A DNA stretch of 59,766 nucleotides, filler included, from Sphacelaria rigidula (GCA_964200075.2; 9 parts of 9 records of this genome joined end to end with filler, not necessarily neighbours in it), one strand, 5' to 3'. Shown: positions 38,500 through 51,112, numbered from the whole stretch's first letter. The notes: a model not told the origin generated them from the letters alone. Translations and numbers: made by a program.

Positions 38500-39433
38500 C
38501 TAGAATCTCTATGACACTCCCGATCGATGCATTTTGCGGATGGAGACGAAGTTTGGTGTGGAGAACGCAAAAGAGCCGAATAAAGAACAAAATGGGCCTG
38601 CATCTTGTTTTCGTAGAGGATCAGGCGTTCTCGCGAAGAAGTGATCTTTCCCGTGGTGTAACGCCCTAAACCGGTGAAGAAAAATGAAAAAAAGCAACCC
38701 GACCCACTTCGTTCTCTTGATTATGCGCTCAGACAGCGCCCAACCAAAATATAATGCAGGAAGATCAAAGATAGGCCAGTGAGTGGCCTGCGAAATACTG
38801 TTCCGAATTTCTACCGACCCGGCTTCTAAAAGGCCCATGCTCCCGCCAATGTTTGGGGTTGGACCTTGAAATTTGGTATGGACAATGCATAGGGCATGGA
38901 AAAAAAATTACATCGGCACCAATTTTTATTTTTTATTTCATGAGTTAAGGGCATTTCACTGATACTGAAAACTGATTATTGCCCTAGACTCATGAAATAA
39001 AAAATAAAAATTGGTGCCGATGTAATTTTTTTTCCATGCCCTATGCATTGTCCATACCAAATTTCAAGGTTTAACCCCAAACATTGGCGGGAGCATGGGC
39101 CTTTTAAAAGCCAGGTCGGTAGAAATTCGGAACAGTATTTCGCAGGCCACTCACTGGCCTATCTTTGATCTTCCTGCATTATATTTTGGTTGGGCGCTGT
39201 CTGAGCGCATAATCAAGAGAACAAAGTGGGTCGGGTTGCTTTTTTTCATTTTTCTTCACTGGTTCAGGGCGTTATACTACGGTAAAGATCATTTCTTCAC
39301 GAGAACGCCTGGACCTCCACGAAAACAAAATGCAGGCCCATTTTGTTCTTTATTCGGCTCTTTTGCGTTCTCCACACCAAAATTCATCTTCATCCGCAAA
39401 ATGCATCGATCGGGAGTGTCATAGAGATTCTAG
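38500..39433. mobile_element. 934-bp near-perfect palindromic (foldback) element flanked by TA
   Basis: Arms of ~460 bp are near-identical reverse complements (mirror ORFs 38509-38838 and 39095-39424); TA|CTAGAATC...GATTCTAG|TA. Confidence 0.92.
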
Positions 39434-39812
39434 TATTTTACTGCTGATACCTGGAAGAAATGATAGAGGAAATGTACCAATTATGATACAGAGCCAATTA
39501 AGATACGAGTGTTCTTAATCGTTCATATCTCCGCGAAATATTAACCGTTTTCCGTTCTGTTTTTTTCTGCGTGTGCACAAGAGCACGGCGCTTTGCTCGA
39601 GCTATTGTATGTGTCTCAAGCATCCGATCACGTAGTCTTACAGCACTGCGAGTAAGCGCGTATGTGTCATCCTCCAAAATCAGCTTTTTGGTCGATCGGC
39701 TGCTAAGCATGCAGAGAGCAGAACGTGCAGCACAGGCCGTATAAGCGGTACACAGCGGTCGTCCCAGCTTCCGTGCTGCAGCTACGACCTTTGACATCTC
39801 CGTCGGTGCACT

Positions 39813-39912
39813 NNNNNNNNNNNNNNNNNNNNNNNNNNNNNNNNNNNNNNNNNNNNTTAATTAATTAANNNNNNNNNNNNNNNNNNNNNNNNNNNNNNNN
39901 NNNNNNNNNNNN
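39813..39912. other. Artificial contig linker
   Basis: 44N-TTAATTAATTAA-44N. Confidence 0.99.
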
Positions 39913-40480
39913 TCCCCATTTCCATTTGAACTCTGCCGGATGTTTCTTATCTTCGTTACAGACGAGTACCGCGCATTTGTTGACGTTCGCTGTCACTCCC
40001 TATTTCCTAGTGTATTCTAGCGCCTCGTCTGTGTCTGTAATCCTTCCGGTGTCCCTGAAATCCCCACAAAATCATCCGCGAACATCAATCCCAATACCAT
40101 ATCTTCACCAACCTTGACCCCTTGCTTTGCTGCTTCTATTGCTATCATCAACTTGTTGACAAATACCTTGAACAAAGTGGGTGATAGCCTACATCCTTGT
40201 GCAACTCCTTGTAAGATATAAAAATATATCGATGTTTCTCCGTCTAGCATCATGACACTTTTGGCATATTCTGTCATCTTCTTCACCATTCTCCACATCT
40301 TTCCTCTGATCCCANNNNNNNNNNTTCTTCCACAACCATTTCTCCATACTGTGTCATAAGCCTTTTGCACCTCCAGAAAGAAACAGTACGTTGTCTGTCC
40401 GGTGTCTTTCCTACCCTGAATAATCATGCTTACTGTGTACACATGGTCTACGCAATTACGGTTTGGTCTATAGCTTACTT
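39913..40480 (-). pseudogene. LINE reverse transcriptase fragment, same family as 46565-49620
   Basis: RPNRNCVDH, QKAYDTVWR, GVAQGC.LSPTLF, FADDFV; very similar to ~47570-48135. Confidence 0.9.
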
Positions 40481-40536
40481 GCCACTGAGGTCCTTGATGT
40501 CCCTGAGTAGGATATCGACGTGTAACTGTAAGCACA

Positions 40537-42440
40537 CACTACACACGCGGTCATTCGGCTACCTCGTAGAGGAATTTTCAAACGCCATCCTCGCTTCCGT
40601 CCGTTTTAAAATCCCCCCTAGAGGATGCTCCGTCTCGAAAGGGATGCGTGGTCAATGGTCAAATGACTAAGGCAAGCAACAAATGAGTACGCCCCCCCCC
40701 CCCAGAGGATCTTGGGTATTCGTAATCCTCTCGAGGATTTTCACTGTTGGAGCCCTCGAAGGTCTGTGTTGATATTAAAATTCCCTGGATTGTTTTTGGA
40801 GGCACAAGTGCTATGGATATCTGGAATTTTCACAGCTGCTCAAAATAAGTCCTGATTCCAAATTATTGGAATCAGGTCGAAATGATTTATATCGAACAGC
40901 AGAGGCTGTGCAAATCCCATATACAGTACACTCGCAAGTGGAATTTGTACACCAGAAACTGTTCGAAACAAATCCTCATTTTGCCCACCAATACCTTGAA
41001 TTGGGCAAAAAGAGACTCTTATTTGCGAGCAGCTTCTGCTGTTCAAGTCCCACATACGGCACGGTATCGGTGGATGAGAGTCGAGAGACAGCAGAAGTCG
41101 TGGAGAACTCATCCTCTTGCCCCCCATTTCATATCTTGAGCAAGCGGATCGAAGTCTTCAAACGCCTCGACTGGTTTCAAATCCCATACACCGATTGCGA
41201 ATACATGTACACACAGCCATGCTATCAGCTTTAGCTTGTGGTTATGATGTACCCCTATGAGTGAACGTCATATATTTAAACATACAAGCTTGATAACCCC
41301 GTAGTCCCGTGTTCACCATTCGAACACCAAAGTGAAGCATTTTTTCGAGTGAACACGCGAGCAATTATGATCGCGGTCTATTCTGTACGTTGATGGTGAT
41401 ATGACCATCACAACAATAAGCATGGTTTGATGCTGTACTGAACAGTACAATACCGTGCAGGACAGTACCATATCGTGCTGATATGCGTGCTGTGCAATAT
41501 ACTGCAGAGTTAGCGCGGTATATGCGCCACGTGTGGCTAAAAAAAGTAGATGCCTGTAACGTTGGGTGCATGGGGGTGTTATATACTGTCAGCTACTGAG
41601 TATACACGATGCTCGTTCTTGCAGCGTGCTCACCGCCGCAGTCAGTAGGACGTGAAAGGGAAGCGGACAAAGTAGAGCACAGACAGCGCAGGACTATATG
41701 TATGTCTTCTGCTCACAGTGCAACATGAAAAGGACTTGAACAGTGTGCGCAGCTTTTTCTGCCTGCACTGTCCATGGGTGTGTATGCAGTGAACCGCCGG
41801 TTGTTGCTCGCACCATACCCCGCTGCTCAAGTTCAAACTTCCACCAACAAGACATACATCATGCTCAACTACTACAGTGTGCATCTACATCCCTGTGCCC
41901 AACTCGTGCTCTTTGCTGCAGGGTTTTTGTGGTGGTATTATGGCTGGGAATAAGTGATGTCGGGTTTGCAATTCAATCTGTGAACGGCGGGTGATACATA
42001 TATTGTTTCTGGCGTGATGGTCCCAAAGGTCCCCTGGAAACATTTAGAACACAAGTGCACAAGTGCTAATGTACAAGCTGGAGGATAGTGCACGGCTATG
42101 TCTTCCGGAGTCGGAACAAATGCCTTAAAGGCTATAGTCGGTCCCTCCGCCAGAGGAACGATGCTCATATTTCCCTCTGCCGTTCACGTTTCCGTCTAAG
42201 GGACGTTCACGAAAACCACGTGCTCCAGAGCACCATATTTTGGTACTGTGGAGGGAGTCAGACCTCAGAAGTCACTGAAGCATCATATGCCCTCGAGAGG
42301 ATTCGTTTCATGACCGGAACCGAGTATGAAATGCCCTCTAGAGGATACTTTTATCCTCCCGAGGGTCACTTTACCCTCGAGAGATGAAAATCGCGATAGA
42401 GGATTTTGAAAGGGGTAGCCGAATGGCCGCGTGTGTAGTG
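40537..42440. mobile_element. Non-autonomous CACTA/EnSpm-type element with nested repeats
   Basis: 26-bp TIRs CACTACACACGCGG(T/C)CATTCGGCTAC; AGAGGAT/ATCCTC subterminal repeats at both ends. The 3-bp flanks (ACA/ATG) do not match. Confidence 0.7.
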
Positions 42441-42804
42441 ATGGAGGCAAATAAAAGCACACACGGCGATGAAAAAGGGCTAAGTCAAAGTGAATGATCA
42501 AAGACACTCTATATCAGTGTTCTACTATCAATCTCACAAAAACGTTGTTAATAGTGCTTCGCGCCTAAAACCTCCTCTCAATCCACATTAGAATGCCCTG
42601 ATATGTTTGTGGGAGGCATGCCTTTCGTTGCGGGCTCCGCCCGCTTATTCAATTAATTGAGTAAATTATGCCCCGGTACATGGAAAGTTTGTCTCATTGC
42701 CCTCAGAATGTATTGATTTTTCCGGGTCCTACTTGATTTAATTTCGGTCTTGATCTTGATTTCATAATACCCTATTATGGGTAGTTAGCCTGTGACCACC
42801 TACA

Positions 42805-43226
42805 AACAGTGGGTTCTCGAAAATGGGGTTGAAAAACAAAATAAGGTTCAACTCAAAAGCCGTGCTTTCCCTGACCTAAATTTACGACAAATTACTTTCA
42901 TATGGACGACCCCATCCCTCCCGACCTCTCTCAAACTATTTCGGGAGTTTTCTAGCCTTCTGTTCCCCAAAGGTTATGTGCAAAAGCACGAGTTTTGGGT
43001 CGAAAAACGTCCTTTTTTCACCCCGAAATCGAGACAACAGTGTGCTTTCGCACATACCCTTTGGGGGAACGGAAGACCAGAAATCCCCCGAAATAGTTTC
43101 AGGGAGGTCGGGAGGGGTGAGGTCGTCCGTATGAAAGTCGTTTGTCATTAAATTAGGTAAGGGAAACTCGGCTTTTGAGTTGAACCTCATTTGTTTTTTC
43201 AACCCCATTTTCGAGGACCCACTGTT
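42805..43226. mobile_element. Foldback MITE, AACAG-end group, 4-bp TSD TACA
   Basis: Long imperfect inverted arms; TACA|AACAG...CTGTT|TACA. Confidence 0.9.
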
Positions 43227-43251
43227 TACAGGCTGGTTCACGCGTAAGACC

Positions 43252-43509
43252 TGTAGCCAAATGATACCAAGCCGTAGGTTTCAGTATAATCGCATGCATG
43301 ATTGGAGCAGTCGCAGGGGACAGGGGATCCTGGATTGATGACCTTCATCTATGTGGTCCCTTGCTGTCTGGCTCTTGATGTGTCCGTTGAGGATCATTCC
43401 GCAATAATAACAAGTGAGAAGAAAGGACTTTGTCGAGCACGAGGCCAGTGCTACTGGAGGAGTCCCTCGTGGATAATCCTCTTGTACAGATCGTCTGGCG
43501 GAGGCTACA
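43252..43509 (+). repeat. 5' LTR (258 bp) of a Ty3/gypsy element
   Basis: TGTAGCC...GGCTACA 7-bp inverted termini directly upstream of gag. Confidence 0.7.
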
Positions 43510-43699
43510 ATATCTAGATATTATTCTTCCGGCACTCTGGTAGAGGAGTTTTGGCTGAGGAGAAAAGTTGGGCAGCAGCTTAGAGCCAGTTTAGCCCACA
43601 GACAGGAGGAGACGAGCACACAGCAGAGGGGGATGTTCCGTGAGCTGCAGGACGCACAAGTCACGCAAGAGTCTCTCCGTGAAGTGTTTAAAGCATAGA

Positions 43700-46344
43700 C
43701 GACATGGCTCAAGCGGCGGCAGCGCCGCTGGTGTTAGGTGAGCCACTACAGCCGCCAAAGTATGGAGAAGTATGGACAGAAGAGACATCACGCGTCTTTT
43801 CGCAAAATATCTTGAATACATAGAGCGGTGGAGTCTAGCGAATTCTGAAGGAGTTATTCGGCATGAAAGAGTTAGCATAGGGCAACTCATCCCTGTCTAC
43901 ATTCACCGCTGCTCCGAAGACATATACAAGGACGGTCGGGCTATGAACCCCGACGAATTGCTTGATGCTGTGAAGCAGCATGCCGGGTATACTACAACCG
44001 GTGGAAAGCATGACGCTACGCGAGCTGCAGCAGACCTGCGTAGGGTACTCATAATGAAGCAAAGCGATGGAAAGTCCGTGAAGGATCGTGCTACTATGAT
44101 GGTTAGTTCAGATATGGAACGGTGTTTTGCAGAGAACTTGATGGTGCAAGCCATGTGCCGTGCGGAGAACAGGAGTTGGTAACCTGGCCCGGCCGAGTCG
44201 GTTTCCATAGCTTTGGTGGATGGGATTCCGCCCCCGGAACTCGAGGCGTATGTTAGAAGTGTACTAACGTATGTTGACGGCTGGAAAAAGAAACCGACGG
44301 TGGTGTTCAATTCATATTTGAGGCGGCCGACCAGTGGAAATTCATTGAAGCACATGGCCGGCGCGACTCTGCAACACGTGCAGGTGGCATGCGCCGCAAC
44401 CAGCAACAGCAACATAAACAGCAGCCGTCTTCGCGAGAGTCGTCCACTCGCGCGTATTACAGCTGCGGTGACACCGGACATATCATCAAGAACTTCCCCA
44501 AGCCTCGCGCTCAAGGCGAGACACAGGGCAATGCACGAGATTCATCAGGATCTCGGGGCGGTCGTCACGGTTGACGGGGCCGTGCCAATCAGGGACACGG
44601 GCGCGGCGGCCGCGGTAGCAAGCAATCGGCGGCGGATAGTGGTTCCTCCGCTGTTGTTTCTTCCGCTATGTCACCAGGTAGTGACTCTGGATCTTATGGT
44701 TCGTCCGTAGCGTAGCGAACAGTGTACGTGGGAAATGCAAATATCTCGGTGGGGAGTGTTGGAGCGAATAGCTCGCAACCCCTCGGCCAGGCACGATCCG
44801 TGTCTGGTGCATTCCCTACGGCTGCGACGGCTGTAACAGCGCCGTCTGCACATACGGCGACTTGGTCTGGTTGGACCGACGATTCGCAGTTATCGATGCC
44901 AAGTGATGGAGGGCAGCCCTGGCGTCAGGTGACTCTTAGCCCAGAACAGGGTTCTTCGGCAGGCGTGGTACCTGTAGATCGCAAGGGTGAATGCTTACGC
45001 GCAGATTTAGCCTTATCTGGTTCTGTAGGTTCGTTCATGGCCCTCGTTATTCTGGATTCTGGGTCCGCGCTCACGTCGATCGGTGTGGGGTTGCTAGAAC
45101 AAGTGTCTTTGCAGCTTGGCAGCGCTCAGCTTCAGATTCCGTTCGAAAACGGACCGCAAGCGGGGCAGACCGCCACGGGTGCTCCCGTGACGGTTACACA
45201 CAAAGCAGTGCCAATTACTGTTAGCATGCGTACGCCGTGGGGAGCTGTGGAGTTGCAGTTTATTACTTTCGCTGTCATGCGCGGTAGGGACGACGTGGTT
45301 CTGTTCGGGATGGCGACAATGAAGGGGCTTGGGATTGATCTATATCCGCTGGCGTTGGAGAAGTTACGTCCGCGTGCTGTGCCGGTGCAAACCGGCGTGG
45401 AAAGCCCTAGTTACCTTGCTGCAAGGCGTGTGATCGTATCCATACGGTCATTTCAGAGCGCCAATGAGGAGAAGGCTCCTGCTGATGAAGGGGTAGAGCG
45501 CTTGGTCGATCGGGGGCCTGATATATTCATGGACCGAGCTGGGGAGAGAGGTGCACGAGAACGTGCGCTTGAAGAGAGTGTGCGGCAGGCCAAGCAAAAG
45601 GGCCTAAGCGCCGATGGTGCACATTGTCTGCGCGATATTTTGGCTCGTCGCGTAGATAAATTTTGCCGTACGCTGCGTGGTGATCCGCCAGCGCGCGTTG
45701 AGCCGATGAGGGTACAGCTTAAGCCCCGGGCAAATGCGGTGAAGGCCAAGCCCAGGCGGTACAATCTGGTGAAGACCGGGTGACTTGCCTCATGCATGGC
45801 AGCTTTGGTGGCATTTGGTTTAGTGGTGAGGAACATCCACGCTGAATGGGCGAGTCCGGCAATGGCGGTGTCGAAAACGGACACATTCCGTTTGGTCAGC
45901 GACTATCAGGCGGGGAACGCGCAAGTGGAACAGTCTCCGGGGGTGATGCCAGGCCAAGAAGACATTCGGGAGTTTCTGGGAGCCCAATGCTTCGGTAAGT
46001 TGGACCTGCTACAGGGGCACTGGCAGATGCCTCTGGCGCCGGAGGCTCAGGAAACCTTCACGATCGTCACGCCGGACGGTTTGTTTACGCCTACTCGTAC
46101 CCCGCAGGGTGTGTTGAACGCCACGGCTTATTTCCAAGGTGTGCTGACTGACATTTTGCGAGGTCTAGATTGTAAAGTGCGTGTGGATGACGTTCTCTCT
46201 ATTGCTGAAAGCGAAGAGGCACTGTTAGCTTTGCTTGACGAAATGCTTGACCGCTTCGAGAGTGTTGGTCTGTTCGTCGCTGCGCAAAAGTGTACTTTTT
46301 TGCACGCGAAATGGTTTGGTGTGGTAAGGTGTACTCCATGTTAG
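43700..46344 (+). pseudogene. Decayed Ty3/gypsy gag-protease-RT
   Basis: Eroded zinc knuckle (YYSCGDTGHIIKNFP) with RGG tract; protease VILDSGS; RT motifs WASPA, FRLVSDY, KLDLLQGHWQ, PQGVLNA, VDD, KCTF. Stops and frameshifts present. Confidence 0.92.
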
Positions 46345-46464
46345 AAAAGTGTCGCGATGAACCCTTTGACGTGATCGCTAGAGTTGGCGCAATGGCACTT
46401 AAGCCAAGCAAGCAGACAAGCTGCTTTGGAGTGTAGACAGAAGATGATGTTCAAGGTGCCTCTT

Positions 46465-46564
46465 NNNNNNNNNNNNNNNNNNNNNNNNNNNNNNNNNNNN
46501 NNNNNNNNTTAATTAATTAANNNNNNNNNNNNNNNNNNNNNNNNNNNNNNNNNNNNNNNNNNNN
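46465..46564. other. Artificial contig linker
   Basis: 44N-TTAATTAATTAA-44N. Confidence 0.99.
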
Positions 46565-49500
46565 TGGCCACCATCCATCTCCTAGTATAGCCATGGTTTT
46601 CTCCCTACTGTCTAATGCATCAAACCATTTCATGCCACCTTCGTTCACATCCCGCATTTCCCACTCTAGCACGTTCCGTTCCTCCTCGTATTACTCACAT
46701 TCTGCAACTATATGACTTCTGCTCTCTATCCCTTTGCCACACAGGCAGCTCTGCCCATCTACTCCCTCCTCCTTTCGACTACAGGTAAACCTCTTTCTTC
46801 TTTCTCGCAGTCCAGGTCCCCCACCCGAAATCGTAATTCCATCTTTTTCGCAGCGTCCATTGGGCCATGCAAATATGCTTGCATCCCTACCCCCTCTCTC
46901 AACCACCCGTATATCTCCAGGTGTTCTTCCTCGTCTACTTTGCGTCTGAGCGCTCCTTTTTCGCTTGTTTCGATCATGTCTCTTACCTTTGCCTTGTACC
47001 CCGCGTCTTCACCTTTATACTGTATCTCGTCTTGGTTTCCTCCCATCTCCTTCCACTTTCTCGACTTATTTTTCCCATCTTATTCCCGCCTCCCTTTTCG
47101 TGATTTTTTTCCATAAACAACCCTATTAACTGTAGTAGCTGGCAATCTCTTCCCCTGCATCTTCTTTACGCTATATTGCCATCGCAATTTCCTCATGTCT
47201 CTGTTCGTTTTAAGTGAGTACATTCCCAACTCTGCTTTCAGTGCTGTTTAACTCGTCGTTTTCGAGCTTCCAAGTATCTTCTTAGCTGCTTCCATCTGTA
47301 CTGTTTCCAACCTCTCCACCAACTTCACGTTCCCCTCCTATAAGTCTCCTGCATATTCCAGCTTTGATACGATCGCGTTCATCAGTTCATCAGGATACAC
47401 CTCTTGATCCTAGTGACTAGGTGCGGGTCTCTGAGGATCACGTCCAACCTGTTTATCTGTGTCTTACCCTTTTCTATTACTTTGTTCATGTGTGCATCCC
47501 AAAAACAGTTTCTTGAGATCTCTACGCCAAGGTATGCATACTGGTCTACGATTAGCAATTCCTCTTCTTCCCACTTCCATTTGAGTTCTACCGGATTTTT
47601 CTTATCTTTGTTACAGACGAATACCACGCATTTATTGACGTTCGCTGTCACTCTCCATTTCCTAGTGTATTCTAGCGCCTTGTCCATCTGTGTCTGTAAT
47701 CCTTCTGGTGTGCCTGGAATCCCCACAAAATCATCCGCGGACATCAATCCTGGTAGCATATCTTCACCCACCTCGACCCCTTGCTTTGCTGATTCTATTG
47801 CTATGATCAATTCATTGATAAATACCTTGAACAACGTGGGTGATAGCGTACATCCTTGTGTAACTCCTTGGAAGATATCGAAATATTGCGATATTTCCCC
47901 GTCTAGCATCGTGGCAGTTTTGGCACACTCTGTCGTCTTCTTCACCATTCTCCACATCTTTCCTCTGATTCCAGCTTCCCACAACTTTTTCCACAACCCG
48001 TTTCTCCATACTGTGTCATAAGCTTTTTGCACGCCCAGGAAGAAATAGTACGTCGTCCGCCCGGTGTCATTCCCACCCTGAATAATCTTAGTTGGTGTGT
48101 GCACATGGTCTACGCAACTACGGTTTGGTCTGAATCCTGCTTGTCCCTCGCTGATGTTTTTGTCCTTTTCTAGTATCGTTCCTACTCTATTGTTCAGAAT
48201 CTTACAGAATGTTTTCCCTACCGTGCTCAGTAGCGTTATCACTCTGTAGTTTCCTGGGTCAGCCTCGTCTCCTTTTTCGAAAAGATTGTCGCGATTACTC
48301 ATTCTCTCCACCTCTTGGGTGTGTACTCGTTTTCCCAGATCCAGTTGTACAGAATGACCATCATGGTAACCATTCCTTTTCCCCCGTACCTCACAAACTC
48401 ATTCACCATTCCGTCTGCCCCTGCTGCCTTTCTGTTCCCGAGTTTAGCTACGCACTCCTCCACTTCATCTCTAGTAAACTCTTTCTGCAATTCTGTCGAG
48501 CCTCTATCCTCCCGTTTCGACGTCTCTATATTCGCCTCTGCCCACGCGTTTTGTTTTTCGAATCCCTTGTCGAACTCCGTGGTTGTTTCTGGTGTTCCTA
48601 GTTTACGGTAATGCTCGACCAGCACTTCTCTCTTTCCCTTCGAAATACTGACCATTTTACCGTTCTGTGCTCGTAGTGTAGCTATCCCGTTGTCCATCTT
48701 CCCTGCCTGGTTTCTCGTTATCCCTTTTATCCCTGCCCACATTTGTTTCATCCCGCCGTCGACATTTCCATTTGTTGTTTCCACTACACCTCCCCAAACT
48801 TCCTTTTCTTTTTCTTTTGTACCATCTTTTTTACTTCCTTTCGATCTTTAGTATACTCCTCCCATCCTACCGTAGTTTTGCTCGACATCCACCTCGCGTG
48901 GGCTTCTCCCCTTACTCTGATAGCCTCTTTCACNNNNNNNNNNATTTTATTGCTCTATTACATACGATCAGTTTCCTCCCTATGACTTTACTCGCTGTGT
49001 TCTTGACCAGCTGCTCTCATCTTCCTACAATATTCGCTCCTGCCCGATTTCTTTCCATTTTGGTATCAACTGTTCCTACCAGTTCCAACAGCTCGGAAAA
49101 CTTAGCATTTTCGGCCATCTCCTCTTTGAACTCTTGCCGTTTTCCTTCCATACCTAGTTTATCCATTCTCCATCTTCCTACCCCGCCTATTTCTTTTACC
49201 TCTTGTCTGTTGGCTTTCTATCCATATTAGGCAGTGATCCGTGGTTCCCACGTCCTCCGCGCACACATGTACCTCCATGTCTTCACTATTTCCATGCTCT
49301 ACCACTATAAAGTCAAGAACGGAGCATTTTATATTTTCTTTGCATTGCCTCGTCCATGTCCATTGCGCCTCTGGCTTTAGCACTCTATCGTACAGTGTTT
49401 TCATCTCGTTGTGCTCAAGGAACTTGAGCATTTCTACCTTGTTCGTTTTCTTCTTATCTTCCCCGTGTTGCCCAATGATATATCATCCGGTTGACCTGCT

Positions 49501-49620
49501 CTTACTATCCTTGCATTGAAATCTCCCACTAATATTACTTCGCCTTGCCTTTTATACTTATGTACATCTTCTGCAAAGTGATGAATATGTCTTTCTTCCA
49601 AACACGCCATTCGCAGATGT
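46565..49620 (-). pseudogene. Nearly complete decayed APE-type LINE ORF (endonuclease, RT, C-terminal Cys/His finger)
   Basis: GDFNAR, LDFI, TDH (APE endonuclease); KAAGADG, NYR.ITLL, QAGFR, KAYDTV, QGC.LSP.LF, ADD, YLG (RT); CLCGKGIESRSHIVAEC. Several frameshifts. Confidence 0.93.
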
Positions 49621-50789
49621 TGAGGTGGTGACAATTGCACTTTTTTGGGGAGGGGAGGCTATGAGGTGCAGACTCGATGGCGTAATGAGGCGGTTCTGAA
49701 ACCACCTGAGATTGGTTTCACGACAAATCATGGTATTCTGTAAACACGCTATCAACTCTATGAGCTGGATCATAAACCATCAAAATTTGGCAAAACTTAC
49801 CGATTTGTATTCTTCTGCTGAAAACACGTGATTTATAGATTTTTGAGGCGGTAAAAGTTGCACTTTTGGGAGGGGCTTTTGTAGAAAGTGTCGGCACCAG
49901 TAGTCCTCACGATCGTGGTGGGATCTCTGATTCAAGTCGTGCGTCGGATTCCTTCCTGCATGAAGCCCGCGTGCAGAATTTCTTTGGACGTTATGAGATC
50001 CCCAGTAGTACGACAATCAATCAATCAATCAAATCAATTGCACGTGCCTGCACACGTCTGCTGTAGTAATATAGGGTGCATGCGACTCACTGCTCAGAAA
50101 ACGAAGTCATGGGGTGTAAAAAAAAACGGTGGTATGCAGGGTGCAGCACAAGACCGTAGGGAGTATTTCTGGATAGAGTATATCGCAAAACTTCCTACTG
50201 TGTGAATCATACGACGAAGAGGCCGAGAATATCCCACCGTTGAATTGATGCAGTGAGAAGTTCTACATGATACAACCCAGCGACATGGTGTATCAAACCG
50301 ATCCTCGCATACACCCTGATATCATTATCATTGAACACCTTCTTCCGATAATGATGGACTCGGAAGTATTCTGCTGTTCACCCCTGTTTGTGGTGGTATT
50401 TGGAGAAGAAATAAACAGCCGCTGGACATGTGTTCGTGTAGTATGTGGGTATATTTTCTGAATCACATTTTCCCTTTGAGAATCCCGTCGGCACATGAAT
50501 CGTGTTTTCAGGGTTTTCATGCCGCCGCGCCATAGCTCGCAGCTCATAGCCAACAACTCTCCGCACATAGCGACCACTGAGGTTAGCTCTCTCGTATAAT
50601 GTACCCACGCACGTATCCGAGCAATACATTAGGTTATCGGGCATGGCATGAATCTCGATCGTTGTGCTGCTGTCTTTGATGACGGGGTCAAGTTTGCACA
50701 TCAGTCGTGCCCCGATTCGAATAGTACAAAAACTCATACGCGTCCGAAGGTGACGGCTTTGATTGGTGGGGGTCAAAGTCACCGAATTA

Positions 50790-51112
50790 CTCGTCCTCGC
50801 ATGTCCAATCTAGTCGTAGTTGTGGACTCTGAGCCGTCGTCATTTATTTTCCCAAGCCGTAGGGCTCGATTCTGAGTTGTCGTCAGTTTCTAAAGCTCGT
50901 CGTAACAGTCAACCCTCGTCGTCATTTTCCAAGTAGTCGTAGCAGTCAACTATGAGCTGTCGTTTTTTCAAACCAGTCGCAGGAGTCGACTCCTTGCCGT
51001 GGACGGCTTCGAGTTTAGTCGTAGGAGTCGACTCTAAGTCTTCCCCCGTTTTTCGAATGTAGTAGTAGGAGTCGTGAATCACAACTGAAGAACCCTTCGG
51101 CGTGTGGACATT
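50790..51112. repeat. GAGTCG/CGACTC-rich dispersed repeat
   Basis: Many GTCGT(A)G and GAGTCGACTC motifs; related block at 57808-57990; both end CGTGTG(G/A)ACATT. Confidence 0.55.

Noticed and set aside
38509..39424. Two near-identical divergent 109-aa ORFs
   Set aside because: Mirror-image by-products of the palindrome; no protein-like features.
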